DNA of 64,000 nt, taken from the NCBI RefSeq assembly GCF_003918875.1, contig NW_025767226.1:372001-436000 (forward strand). Reading direction: 5' to 3'. Of the stretch, positions 10,487 to 21,200 are shown piece by piece. This DNA comes from Haliotis rubra. Taxonomy: Eukaryota. The notes beneath the pieces are model-generated. The model was given only the letters and a program-made list of their open reading frames with translations. It was not told the DNA's origin and did no database searches. Every line of letters starts with the position of its first letter. Positions within the stretch are counted from its first letter, which is position 1. Both the position numbers and the translations under genes were made by a program.

Positions 10487-12377
10487 CTTATCAAGACACT
10501 GAGTGTCAAGCCAAAAAAAACAGACCGGGAAGAGTTATTAAGTATGTAAAGTCGACGATCAAATGAGTGCAGCTTGTGTGGTTCTCTCGTGTTTATGTTT
10601 ACCTTCTGCCTACCGGAAGTACTCGGGCGCGTCACATGATCAAAACACTGACGTCACTGTGGACTCTCCTATAGCTTCTTTATTATATTCTTAAGGGTGA
10701 AATACTGTAAATATTGGTGAAAATAAAAATGGTATTGTCATTTTCACTGAGTAGAATATCACTTTTGCCTGGAACTACGAAACCCGAACTACGAAATCGA
10801 TGTCTCGATCATTTATAAACAATGATCAAAATATAATAAATATAATATTTTGTAAATATTGTCAATGGTTACGCAACTCGTGAACATATCAACTGTTTCA
10901 GACCACTCGATGACATATACATGTTATTTGACAACATTAACAAAATATTTTCCATGTCTTCTTTTTGGAGGTTACGGAAAGGGGGAAGTGGTGACGAATG
11001 ACATTAAACATGATCGCCATCTTGGTTCGCTTGGCGAGGCAGCTGTGACAATGGTTCGCGTGCGCGCGCGTGCGCTCGAGCGGGCACAGGCGTTCAGGAT
11101 CGAGCGCTCGCTAGCGTTTGCAGGCACTCGCGGTTCTGAACACGCCTCAGGTATGACGACGGACCGTCGACTCACCTGGCATGAAATGCACGTGCTGCCT
11201 ACAGGCACAAGGGGTCATCTCAAAGATATTTTGTGCTTTTTCATGTGTGGTGACTATGTCTCATCTACTGATTAACATCTTACGTGTCTTTCTTTCATAA
11301 AGTTTATGTTGAGATATGTAAGAGAGAATGATACCCGAAAACCATAGAAACGCATCGTAGTATATAGGTGGCATGACCACCCGAAGATCGACAGGACTGG
11401 ATAATATTTGTAAATTGTTACGAGGTGCCGTGTACCTCCCCAGTTAATGCCCTAAAGGATTATCTTATCTTAGCTGATATCTCTATCCCCAAGCCCAACC
11501 ACAGGTTTTGCTTTTGAGGCGACCCCTCCTATCTGTTTCTTTTTATAGTGACAGTGAGACTGCGTGGTAGCTACATCCTTAATAGTTTCGACATAAAAGT
11601 TATTATTTTTTACGTCAGCTATCGTTTATAATGAATCTACGTCTAATTTCAAATTGGGCATTTAAAAAGTGTCCTTTGTAATACAATATCGTCGCACACT
11701 AATTTGCATAAAGCCATGGTCTGTCTGTCTGACTTTTGGACGCATTGCTCATTTCTGCACTAATTTCCCCTCAGTAAAGTCCCTTTTCTCCGTTTCCTAT
11801 CTCTCTACCACTGAGACTGTAGTTAGGTCGAACTTAGTTTAACAGATATCTCACACTTTCACATATCAACTACATAAATAGAAGAAGTAGAGATAAATGT
11901 GAAAATACAGTTTTTTTTCTATTTCCGACAGTACCTTAACAATTGAGTCACAGAACGGCAATACGTTAGTCTGCTGTTGAAGGTTCCCTTGGCGACCCAG
12001 TCCCAGTTACTCCATGAAGGGGGTGGGACCCTAAACTCTGTTACGACACATCGTCTATGGCTGTTATATCAGGGAGTCTACATGTCGACAATCTTATCAT
12101 GACCATAGGTCACGTGGTACCCAGTTATCGATGGAGTTGTCTCCCGTAGCTGACGACAGGATCCCATAGTGAAACACAAGAAATCAATATTGCTATAAAT
12201 GCTCCAATTTGTGTAGATGTCATGCTTTAATGCGTTCAGGTTTACGGCTAGCAAGCACGCTGGTGTGCGACCTTGACCGTGATAGTTTCTTCGGCCCTGT
12301 GTGAAAACAAACGCTTGTTATTATTACAGACATTATTTCGAGTCGACGGGAGTAACCCCAGGCAGTTTTGTGCACGG

Positions 12378-12625
12378 ACTTACATTCCTAACACTCCCTG
12401 CACTGCTGTAGTACAGACACACATAAATAACACTCACTGCAGTGCTATAGTACAGACTTACATGCCTAACGCTCACTTCAGTGCTGTAGTTCAGACTTAC
12501 ATGCCTAACGCTCACTTCAGTGCTGTAGTTCAGATTTACATAACTAACGCTCACTGCAGTGCTGTAGTTCAGACTTACATGCCTAACGCTCACTGCAGTA
12601 CTGTAGTTCAAACTTACACGCTCAC
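12378..12625. repeat. 39-bp minisatellite (~6 copies)
   Basis: Unit ACATGCCTAACGCTCACTGCAGTGCTGTAGTACAGACTT; same unit as 29487-31420. Confidence 0.92.
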
Positions 12626-12663
<38 letters not shown>

Positions 12664-12764
12664 GGTGGTGGTGGTGGTGGTGGTGGTGATGGTGGTAGTA
12701 GTAGTGATGGTAGTAGTAATAGTAGTGTTGGTAGTAGTAGTAGTAGTAGTAGAAGTAGTAGTAG
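12626..12764. repeat. (GTA)n/(GTG)n microsatellite
   Basis: Directly visible; paralogous to 32028-32112. Confidence 0.95.
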
Positions 12765-12998
12765 TGCTCGTCTGTTTCACCTGAGTTGTACCTGTCGAGT
12801 ACCTGCGTCACGTGATTTGCTGCCTCATCAAGCTGACATACCTGGTATTACTACAATATTATCAAAACAACGTTTCTCACGCAGCAAAAATCAACACAAA
12901 ACTACAAGTTATGCTGTAAAAACACAAGTAGGCGCTGTGAGAAATGAACATGTGTTTATCTGTTCCGGGCTGTTCATCAGCTACGACATGTCTTTACA

Positions 12999-13166
12999 GT
13001 GAGTGAGTGAGTAAGTTTAGTCTTACTCAGCTTTTAGCAATATTCCAGCAATGTCTCGGCTGGGGACACCAGAAACGGTGTTCACACATCGGGGAAGTAG
13101 GGATTCGAATCCGGGTCTTCGGCGTGACGAGCCAATGCTTGAACCACAAGGCTACCTCACCGTCCC
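12999..13166 (-). mobile_element. SINE family 1, older copy
   Basis: Reverse complement of 7795-7955, diverged. Also present at the paralogous site 54241-54398. Confidence 0.88.
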
Positions 13167-13249
13167 GGTCTGAACCGTCTTAGCTGTTATATCAGGGAGT
13201 CTTTTATGTGGACGAGCTCATTGCGACCAGGGTAACCAGTAATAGATGT

Positions 13250-13416
13250 GAGGGCGGTGGGGTAGCCTAATGGTTAAAGCGTTGGCTCGTCACGCCGAAG
13301 ACCCGGGTTCGAATCCCCACATGGGCACAATGTGTGAAGCCCATTTCTGGTGTCCCCCACCGTGATGTTGCTGGAATATTGCTAAAAGCGGCGTAAAACC
13401 AAAACTCAGTCAGTCA
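13250..13416 (+). mobile_element. SINE family 1, young copy
   Basis: Nearly identical to 7795-7955. Confidence 0.92.
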
Positions 13417-13689
13417 GTAATCAATGTACAGAGTTGTCTCCCGTAACTGATGACAGGATTCCCCTTGTGAAACTTTTTTACATTACATGAATTAGGGCTT
13501 GACTGTAAAGGATGACATTGTACATACTATGCTTTAAGCCTCCAAAAGTACACCTAGCGGGCTTATCTTGCCAGTGGCAGTTCATCAGATCTGTATGAAA
13601 ACCAACAATTGTTATTTTAACAGACATTATTGCAGATCGACCAAATCATGATGTAGGGCTGGCATATTGCTCCATGCGACGTAGAACAA

Positions 13690-14660
13690 AACAACGCCAT
13701 TTGCGTGATTTTGCTTTGACGTCGGTATATGCTTAACTGTTGTAGTACAGAAATTATTCTCGTATTTAATGCAGGAGTCTTGGGCATTGACTATTTTTTG
13801 CGTCCCTTAGACCTTTGAAAAAAATTGTGATTCTAGGCTCGGATCCTGTAGGTTCGGATCACAGATTCGATCTGGTGTCTAGGTTTGTCTGCACCATACC
13901 TGAACTCGTGGGTTTGACCAAACCTGTAAACGTTTAGGTCCAGTAGACCAAGATCTTTGCAAGAACATTGTAAGCTTCATCTTGGTGTTTTGGTATGACT
14001 TGAAACACTGTGGGCGTCGGCCTATAAATAGAGGTTAAATTCATAACAATAATAATATATAAACATTTTAATTCTACATTGTGCATAGTTAACATCATAG
14101 TATTGATTTGGTGATAAGTGCTCTCTGAACCCTGTGTTGTGGCCACGTACAGATTCACAATAAAAAACAGACTGGCCCCCGAACTCTGTTGAGGTGTCAG
14201 CCTGGTTCTCTGGATATTCTGCGCTGGCGCTACACTGCCTTCACTACTATGTGGCAGCCGTCAGGGGACCAGGTCGTGGAGGACAGAGACAGGAAACCAG
14301 TCTTTCCTAAAAATAGCTACAGTCGCGCTCGCAACGGAAATTCTGGCTAGCTATTCTCGAAACTTCTTAAGTCCTACGAACTTCTTAAGCCCATTCTTAA
14401 CACATTGGCTACGTTCAAAGTTAAGAATTCTTAGGGCTACGAACGTTTCGAGAATAAGGCCCCTGTAAAAGAATTTACCTTCACCCCGAAGCCCAGAGGT
14501 GCTACATAGTGGTGGTACTTAAACGTAAGTAAATGCAACAGATTACGATTCGAAGGTAGAGCATTCAGTAACATCTACTCTTGGAGTTTGTTCGTGATCG
14601 TCTTATCTAGATATGTCACCGTTCGCTACAGTATCTCCACTATTGTATTGTATTGTTTTT
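13690..14660 (+). repeat. Conserved block of paralogous unit A (also at 32640-33285 and 62525-63800); possible 5' exon region of the ZNF locus
   Basis: Shared strings such as ATAAATAGAGGTTAAATTCATAACAATAAT, CAGACTGGCCCCCG and AGGGGACCAGGTCGT. GTAAGT donor-like sites at ~14525, ~33280 and ~63676. Confidence 0.75.
14349..14465. mobile_element. Small Harbinger-like MITE, left end damaged
   Basis: TATTCTCGAAAC / GTTTCGAGAATA inverted ends and a terminal GGCCCCTG. Absent from the paralogous position in unit C (~63615). Confidence 0.7.
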
Positions 14661-15315
14661 GGGGTAGAATGCGCTTCTCTATCCAAGTAGCTATGAAATG
14701 CTCAATGATGTGATATTATTATAAGAAAAATGGATTCATCTCATATGAACCTTAAAAAAGAAAACCATATGTTTTATTGTGCATCTCATGTAAAAAATCA
14801 AAATCAAAATGGCACCGTCAGGACCCCAAGAAACAAACAAAACAGAGAAAGTGACAACCGTACATAAAATATTGAAAAAATGAAATCTTTAAATCACAAA
14901 TGTGTCCTTATCATTGCTGATTGGTGGGAGCAAAATTTAAGGTCAAGAGTGTTCCATGTGATTTTAAAAATAGAAAAATAGTAGAGAAAAAATGGACGGA
15001 CATGGATGAAATTCTCCCAAAACATGCCTTAATGTCTTTGCACTCACTATGTCAACCACAAATTCAAAGGAGAAGTGTAAAAGGAACTAAGTGGTAGATA
15101 TGTTTTCATTGAATAGTTGCATATGCAGTGAGTGAGAGTACAAGTTTCCTGTCTTGTGTAATATGTTGCAGTCATCAGTGGTTATCATTATGACACCATT
15201 GGTCTGTTTAGGTTAGTCTAGCCCTACTTGATGTTAAATCTTTGATTTAGGGAATGTATAACGATTTTGATGATCATTTATTCGGTGAAAATTATGTGTA
15301 ATATCCCACCAGTAT

Positions 15316-15510
15316 GTATTACCTTGTCTGTCCATTTGTCCTGTCCGTCCGTCTGTAAATTATTTCGTTTCCGGAGCAGAACTTAAAAACCGTTCATTAT
15401 TTCTTTCTGAAATTTTGTATGCATCAGCCAAGTACTGAAGTGGTGCCTTTTGATATTTTCAGAATACTAAAATTTATTTCAATGGCTAGACTTAGAATTG
15501 ATTCCGGTAG
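15316..15510 (+). mobile_element. Helentron-associated (HINE/pearl-like) non-autonomous element fragment
   Basis: (GTCC)n microsatellite followed by TTTCCGGAGCA..AACT core; resembles 37953-38540. Confidence 0.5.
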
Positions 15511-17028
15511 TCTGTCGTACAAACCCTTGAGCTAATATATCCAAGAAAGCCCACATAAGTCTAGAAAATGTGGCAAGTCTAGATTTCCTCAGTTTCAGGA
15601 ATGAAAGTCTCAGGACTCCTTTTCATTATATTATTTTTTTTTTACTATGAACTTTTTTCAGTAAAATATGTTCATTTGAGAGACTAGTTGTTGGTCTATG
15701 ATTCCGGGTAAGGGTTTGTTTATGGATCAGAAAAATGATCTTAGGATTTATGTGGAACTGGTGGGATAGTCATCTTCTGATGATGTTTGTTGTCACATTG
15801 ATATACAATAAACCTGACTTGACTTGACTTAACTTGATATAATAACTACTTTTAAAACAAATATAAAATATATATACTTAATATAAACTCATGTGAAAAT
15901 TAAATGATATGGTAGAATTACCAAGACAAACAGGCCATGGGCTCTTAATAGACAAAGGCTGATCCTTTTATATTTTAGCATTCAGAATTTCCCAATTTGT
16001 TTCATTTGCAAATTGTCTAATTTTTCTAGACTAAACGACCCTTTCTCATTGCAAAAGCCACAAAAACTTTTACAAAATCACACAGATTAGCATTAACAAG
16101 GGGGGTTTAGGTTTCATAGGGAGGTAACTCGATCATGAAATTGATAAAAATGCAGACCACATGTGAAAGTCACCCATTTTGAATTTGTTTTAAATGCCTT
16201 TGTCACTTGAAAAAATATATTTTAAGGTATGATTTATTAAGTATATACTTTTTTCTTTAAAATAAGAAAGTTTCATTAGTGTAATAACACATTTTCCCCA
16301 CAAAATCAAATTTTCAAAAACATATTTCATCATAACAAAACTATTAAACCAAGTCTAGCTGTAAATATAGATATTGCACATCTTCCATTTACCACAGCCT
16401 GTAGTGCATATACTGTTTCCCATCTTTGTAGAAGGGATTTGCTTCAAATCAACGTAAACTGAGGGTACCCTCAAGACCTTGGTTTCAGCCCTCACTGACT
16501 GAGGTCAGGATGAGTTATCCGCCCTTACCTTGAGCATTGCTACAAAATGTTGTTTTTCTGCCTTAAAACGTACCATACAAGTTGCTGCTCTCCTACCTAG
16601 AATAGTATCTCTGCCACAGGCCAGAAGAATGTGTCGATTCGTCACATATTGCACCGTCCATTCAATATAATTTACATATTTCTCAACTCTTCTATTTTTG
16701 ACGAGTCTACACATCTAATTAACATCTTTGATAGAATGGTTTAGTTTCATTGAGAAAATATCCAAAAACATGTAACGCTATTTCGATTTGCATAGCGATT
16801 CTTTGTTTAGATAGGTTGTACGGCTACACGTGCTGTCATCGAAGCTGATATCTAAATATGTACTGTCATAGACCTTACTGTTGCAGTTGTGGAAGAATAT
16901 ATATGTAACAATGTAAAACATTATGAAGAGAGCACCGAAAAGCTTTCATGAGTCCAGTCTCTTCTTATTATGAATATGCTCGTTTGATTACAAACAAGAG
17001 AAAAGTCCGGTCAAGTGATATGCAAATA

Positions 17029-17132
17029 AGCCTCTGGCAGTGATGTTATCTTAGTCATGCTGTGCCGGAGTGTGACAAGTTGCTGCACACTCTGGCACAG
17101 CGATGACTAACATAACATCACTGCCACAGGCT
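17029..17132. repeat. 104-bp near-perfect palindrome (tiny MITE-like hairpin)
   Basis: AGCCTCTGGCAGTGATGTTATCTTAGTCAT-GCTGTGCCGGAGTGTG / CACACTCTGGCACAGCGATGACTAACATAACATCACTGCCACAGGCT. Confidence 0.9.
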
Positions 17133-17486
17133 AATTAAGTGTGAGTAGCTTTTATATGTATTATCCCACTTCTGGTGAAGTGCATATCAGTATATTAATA
17201 GTAAAAAATCGGAACTATTGACCCAATACATTCAGAACTTGCACACACGTTTTAAATGCTACTTGATACCATCAGTCCAAAGGAAATCATGAACTAGCAT
17301 AAACTGCTGGTTTTTAAATGTTTAAAAGCATTATCCCAGTTCTGGTCAAGGGTACGTGACAAATAATAATAGTTAAACAATTCTGAAAATGAGAACTTTT
17401 GACCCAGTACAGTCAGAAACTGCTCACAAATTTCAAATGCTATTTCCTATCTTCAGTCTAAAGGAGATCTCGAAATTCTATAAACT

Positions 17487-17597
17487 GTGCTTCGAACCGA
17501 GGATGTGTACGAGGACATGACAAAACACATCGATTTGTACGATACGAGCGATTATCCATCAGATCACGCTTTACACAATACGACCAATAAAAAGATT
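17487..17597 (+). pseudogene. Fragment of Maverick/Polinton protein-primed DNA polymerase B
   Basis: TEDVYEDM...LYDTSDYPSDH.L....NKK matches the pPolB segment just before GK(M/F)KDE. Confidence 0.75.
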
Positions 17598-17952
17598 GGT
17601 TGTTCAGGCGCATCGGGGTGGACGTCGATGGGCACAATATTTAACTCCGCCCTACGTCGAGTAATAATTTGAGGGAAATTCACCACCCTGTACGATAGTT
17701 TAGTTCACGTGGGTACCGAACGGTTACAACGTCTCATGGATACTTTAGTCGATTATAGCCTGGAGACCAGGGAACTCGCCACCCAGTAATCAACCTACTC
17801 CTTAGCCTACTTCGAGGAATTTATGACAGATCCTATCCATAAAGTCATCACTCAATATTACGGCTACGGTTAAAACAAGGACACATCCCACGACGGTCAC
17901 ACAACCCATCCACCCCTTTTTTACCCTACCATAGGAGAAGAATGAGTGGAGG

Positions 17953-18281
17953 TGAGCTGAAATTGGGTTTAACGTTGTGCTTGAGAATATTTCGCTCATA
18001 TGACGACGTGCATGCGTGTGTATGTGTATGTGCGGCTGCTTGTACTAGCCCAGACTGAAGCTGGTTTTATAGTGCTAGCCCACTGAGATACCATGCCGCA
18101 GTGAAGCATGAATACCCCACTCAGACACATTATACTGACTCCGAGCCAACCAGTCCTTGTTGTACCCATTAATGCCGAGCGCCAGGCAGGGACGTCTTTT
18201 GGTATGACGCGGTCGGAGATTGAACCCGCGACCTTCCGCTCTCCGGGCGGATGCTCTAACCACTACACCCCGGAAGCGGTC
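17953..18281 (-). mobile_element. tRNA-headed SINE, family 2 (Meta/MESC-like central domain)
   Basis: On -: GGTGTAGTGGTTAGAGC..GGTTCAATCTCC head and GGACTGGTTGGCTCGGAGTCAGTATAATGTGTC..GCTAGCACTATAAAA body. 14-bp TSD AGAATGAGTGGAGG at 17939-17952 and 18282-18295. Confidence 0.9.
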
Positions 18282-21200
18282 AGAATGAGTGGAGGGGACC
18301 AGAGTTGGTGGTGTGAGAGGATTATACCTGTCTGGAGAAGAACGAGTGGAGCAACACGGAGAGATTGGTGTGAAAGGATTATAACTGACTAGAGTGGAAT
18401 GAGTGGAGCAGAGTTGGTGATGTGAGAGGATTGTAGCTGACTGGAGAAGAATGAGTGGAGGGGAGTTAGCAGAGTTTAATGGAGAGAAACAAGTGAATGA
18501 GTGAAGTGGGGGGAGTGGAGCGAAATGGATTGAGAGTAGAGGGAGTGGAGCGGAGAGGACTGAAGTGAGTGAAAATGAGTGGAACAGAGGGAGTAGAGCA
18601 GAAGGAGAGGAGCGAAGTGAGCGTGGGGAGCCAAGTGAGTGAAAAATGGTGGAGCGCAGCAGAGGGAGTGGAGCGAAGTTATCGGAGAGAGTAGTGCAGA
18701 GTGGAGAGAACAAGGACAAGGAGGACAGAGTGGAGCAGAGACAGTGGACAGAGGCAGAGGAACAGAGGCACAGTGAGGAAAGAGGGAGGAGGAGGAAAGG
18801 AGCAGAGGATGGAAGAAGACAGAAGACAGAGGCAGGAACGGACACACAGGAAGGCACAGAGCAGTGGAGAAAAGTGAAGGCAGTGAGGAACAGAGGAAGG
18901 AGACAGGAAGACAGTGGAGGACAGGTGGAGGTGGAGCTGAGACAACGTGGAGCAGAGGAACGGAGGAGCAGTGGAGGCAGTGGAGCACAGTGGAGGAAAG
19001 GAGCACAAGGACAGTGGAGGAAGGACACAGGACAGAAATGGACAGAGACAGACACACAGGAACAGAGACGGAGAGACAAAGGAGGAAGGAAACGGAACGG
19101 AGGCAGAGGCAGACAGACACAGGAGGTGGAAGGAGACAAGTGAAACAGACAGGAGGCAGTGGAGCAGTGGACACACAGGAAAAGAAAGACAGCATGAGGA
19201 ACAGAGGAAAGAGGGGTGGAAACGTGGAAAGCAGGAGGCACAGGAAAGAGACAAAGGGAGCAGAGGGAGCACAAAGGAGCAGAGGAGCTGAAAGACAGGA
19301 AAGGAGGATGGAGTGGATGGACAGACAGGCTAATGGACATAGGGACAGGGAGCAGAGGAAAAGGAAACAGAGTAGTGGAGCGAACAGAGTAGTAGTGGAG
19401 GAAAGGAGCAGAGGAAGGAATGGAGAGCACAGGAGGAACGAGGACAGGACAGAGGCACAAGGAAAGTGAGCTGGACCCAGGAACAGGAGGAAACAGACAG
19501 TGGGACAGTGAGGAGGCACAGTGGAGCAGTGGATGGAAGGAAGAACAGTGGAGCAGAGGAAGAGTGGAAAAGGAGGAGGAATGGACAGTGGACAAGGAGC
19601 AGAGGAAGGAGTGGAGCAGGAGGACACAGAACGACATGGAACAGAGAAAGAGGGAGAGACACATGGAAGAGATGGAAAAAAGGAGGAAGGAGTGGAAGGA
19701 AGGAGAGGAGTGGAGGAAGAGGAGGAGTGGAGGAGGTGAGAAAGAGGAAACAGAGGGAGTGGAGGAAGAAGGAAGGAGTGGAAAGAATGGAGGAAGGAGT
19801 GGAGCAGGAGGAAAAGGAGGAATAGTGGAAGGAGAGGAGTGGAGGAAGGAGATGGAATGGATGAAAGGAAGAGTGGAGAGAGGGAGTGGAAGGAAAAGAG
19901 TGGAGGAGGAATGGAAGGGAGTATAGTGGAGTAGAGGGAAGGAGTGAGGAGGGACAGTGGAGTAGTGGAGAGGAAATGGAAGGAGAGGGAGTAGGACGAG
20001 TGGATAGTGGAGGAATGACTGGAAGGAAAGAGTAGTGGAGGAACGAGGAAGGAATGGGAAGGAGTGGAAATGATGGAATGGAATGGAGGGAGTTCATGGT
20101 GTGGAGGATAGTGGAGTGGAGTGGAGGGGATGGAGGAAGAGGAAGGAAGGAGGTAGATGGAGTGGAATGGATGGAATGAGGGGAGCGGAGTGGAATGGAC
20201 GAACTGGAGACAGCGGAGAACGAGTGGAAGAGCAAGCAGTGGAGCAGTGGACAGAGTATAACGGAGCACAGGCAGCCGGAACAGAGTGGAGGAGTGGAAC
20301 GGATGGAAGGAAACGTGGATGGAGCAAAGGAAGGAGCAGGAGCCGAGGAGCCGGACAACACAGGAGCAGGAATGGAGGAACGGAGGAACGTGACATGGAA
20401 GGAACGAGGAAAAGGAGGAGCAGACGGACACAGGACAACGGAGGAATGGAGGAACAGCACAAGGAAACGAGTGGACGAACGGAGTGGAGACAGTGGACAG
20501 TGAGCAGAACGGATGGATGGTGAAACGGAGGAACAGAGGAACGATGGAGCAGTGGAGACAGGAGGAGGAAGCAGGAGGAAGGAAAAAGAAGGCCACAGAG
20601 ACATGGAAGGACAGGAGGAACAAGAGGACGGAAGGAAACGGAGGACAAGGAGAGCACAGCCGAACGAGCCGAGCAGTGGACAGAGTGGAGCACAGTGAGC
20701 CGAACGCAGTGGACAGACAGGTGGACAGACAGCATGAGGAGCATGGACAGACGGAGGAGTGAGCACAGGAACGAGGAAAACGGAGACAGGAAATGAGCCA
20801 CAAGGAAGTGCATGGACAAGGAGCAGAAGGAGCATGGAGGAGGCACGAACGAGACAGGACAGAGGACCGGACAGGAACAGGAGACGGACAGAGGAGGAAC
20901 GAGGGAGCCGGAGTGGAAGAGGAAGGAGGAATGGAGGGAGACAGGAAAGAGGAAACGAAAGAGGCAGGAACAGAGGAAAGGAGTGGAGAAAGAGGAAGGA
21001 CAGGAATGGAAGGAACGAGTGGAGGAAGGAGGAAAGGAGGAATGGAGGAAGGACAAGGAAAGAGAAGGAACAGGAGGAAGGAGAACAGAGGAAGGAGGAG
21101 TGGAGACAAGGAGGAGTGAAGAAGGAACAGGAGTGGATGGACAGGAGACAGTGGAGGAAAGGAAGGAGGAGTGGAGGAAGGATGGAGGAAGAAGGAACAG

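Larger units (their letters stand above)
5126..10670. mobile_element. ISL2EU-type (PIF/Harbinger/PHIS group) two-gene DNA transposon, near full length
   Basis: Ends AGCGGAGTCCA / TGGACTCTCCT flanked by AT (5124-5125, 10671-10672). Inverted subterminal motifs AGTGACGTCA (5149/10649) and TTCCGGTAGGCAGAA (5178/10604). Encodes a DDE_Tnp_4 transposase and a YqaJ exonuclease gene. Confidence 0.88.
4993..11147. mobile_element. Non-autonomous PIF/Harbinger-group MITE (~0.6 kb when empty) hosting the ISL2EU element
   Basis: TIR AGGCGTGTTCAGAACCGCGAGcGCCcGC at 4993 and its reverse complement ending at 11147 (2 mismatches in 28 bp). 3-bp TSD CAG at 4990-4992 and 11148-11150. Confidence 0.85.

Noticed and set aside
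5124-10675. Alternative 5-bp TSD ATAGC for the inner element
   Set aside because: It would make the ends asymmetric. AG...CT ends with an AT TSD fit ISL2EU better, but this is not excluded without other copies.
11416-12048. Possible solo LTR (TGTTAC...AACA or ...GACA)
   Set aside because: No matching target-site duplication or second copy found.
12614-12811. Poly-His/Tyr ORF
   Set aside because: Translation of a GTA/GTG microsatellite.
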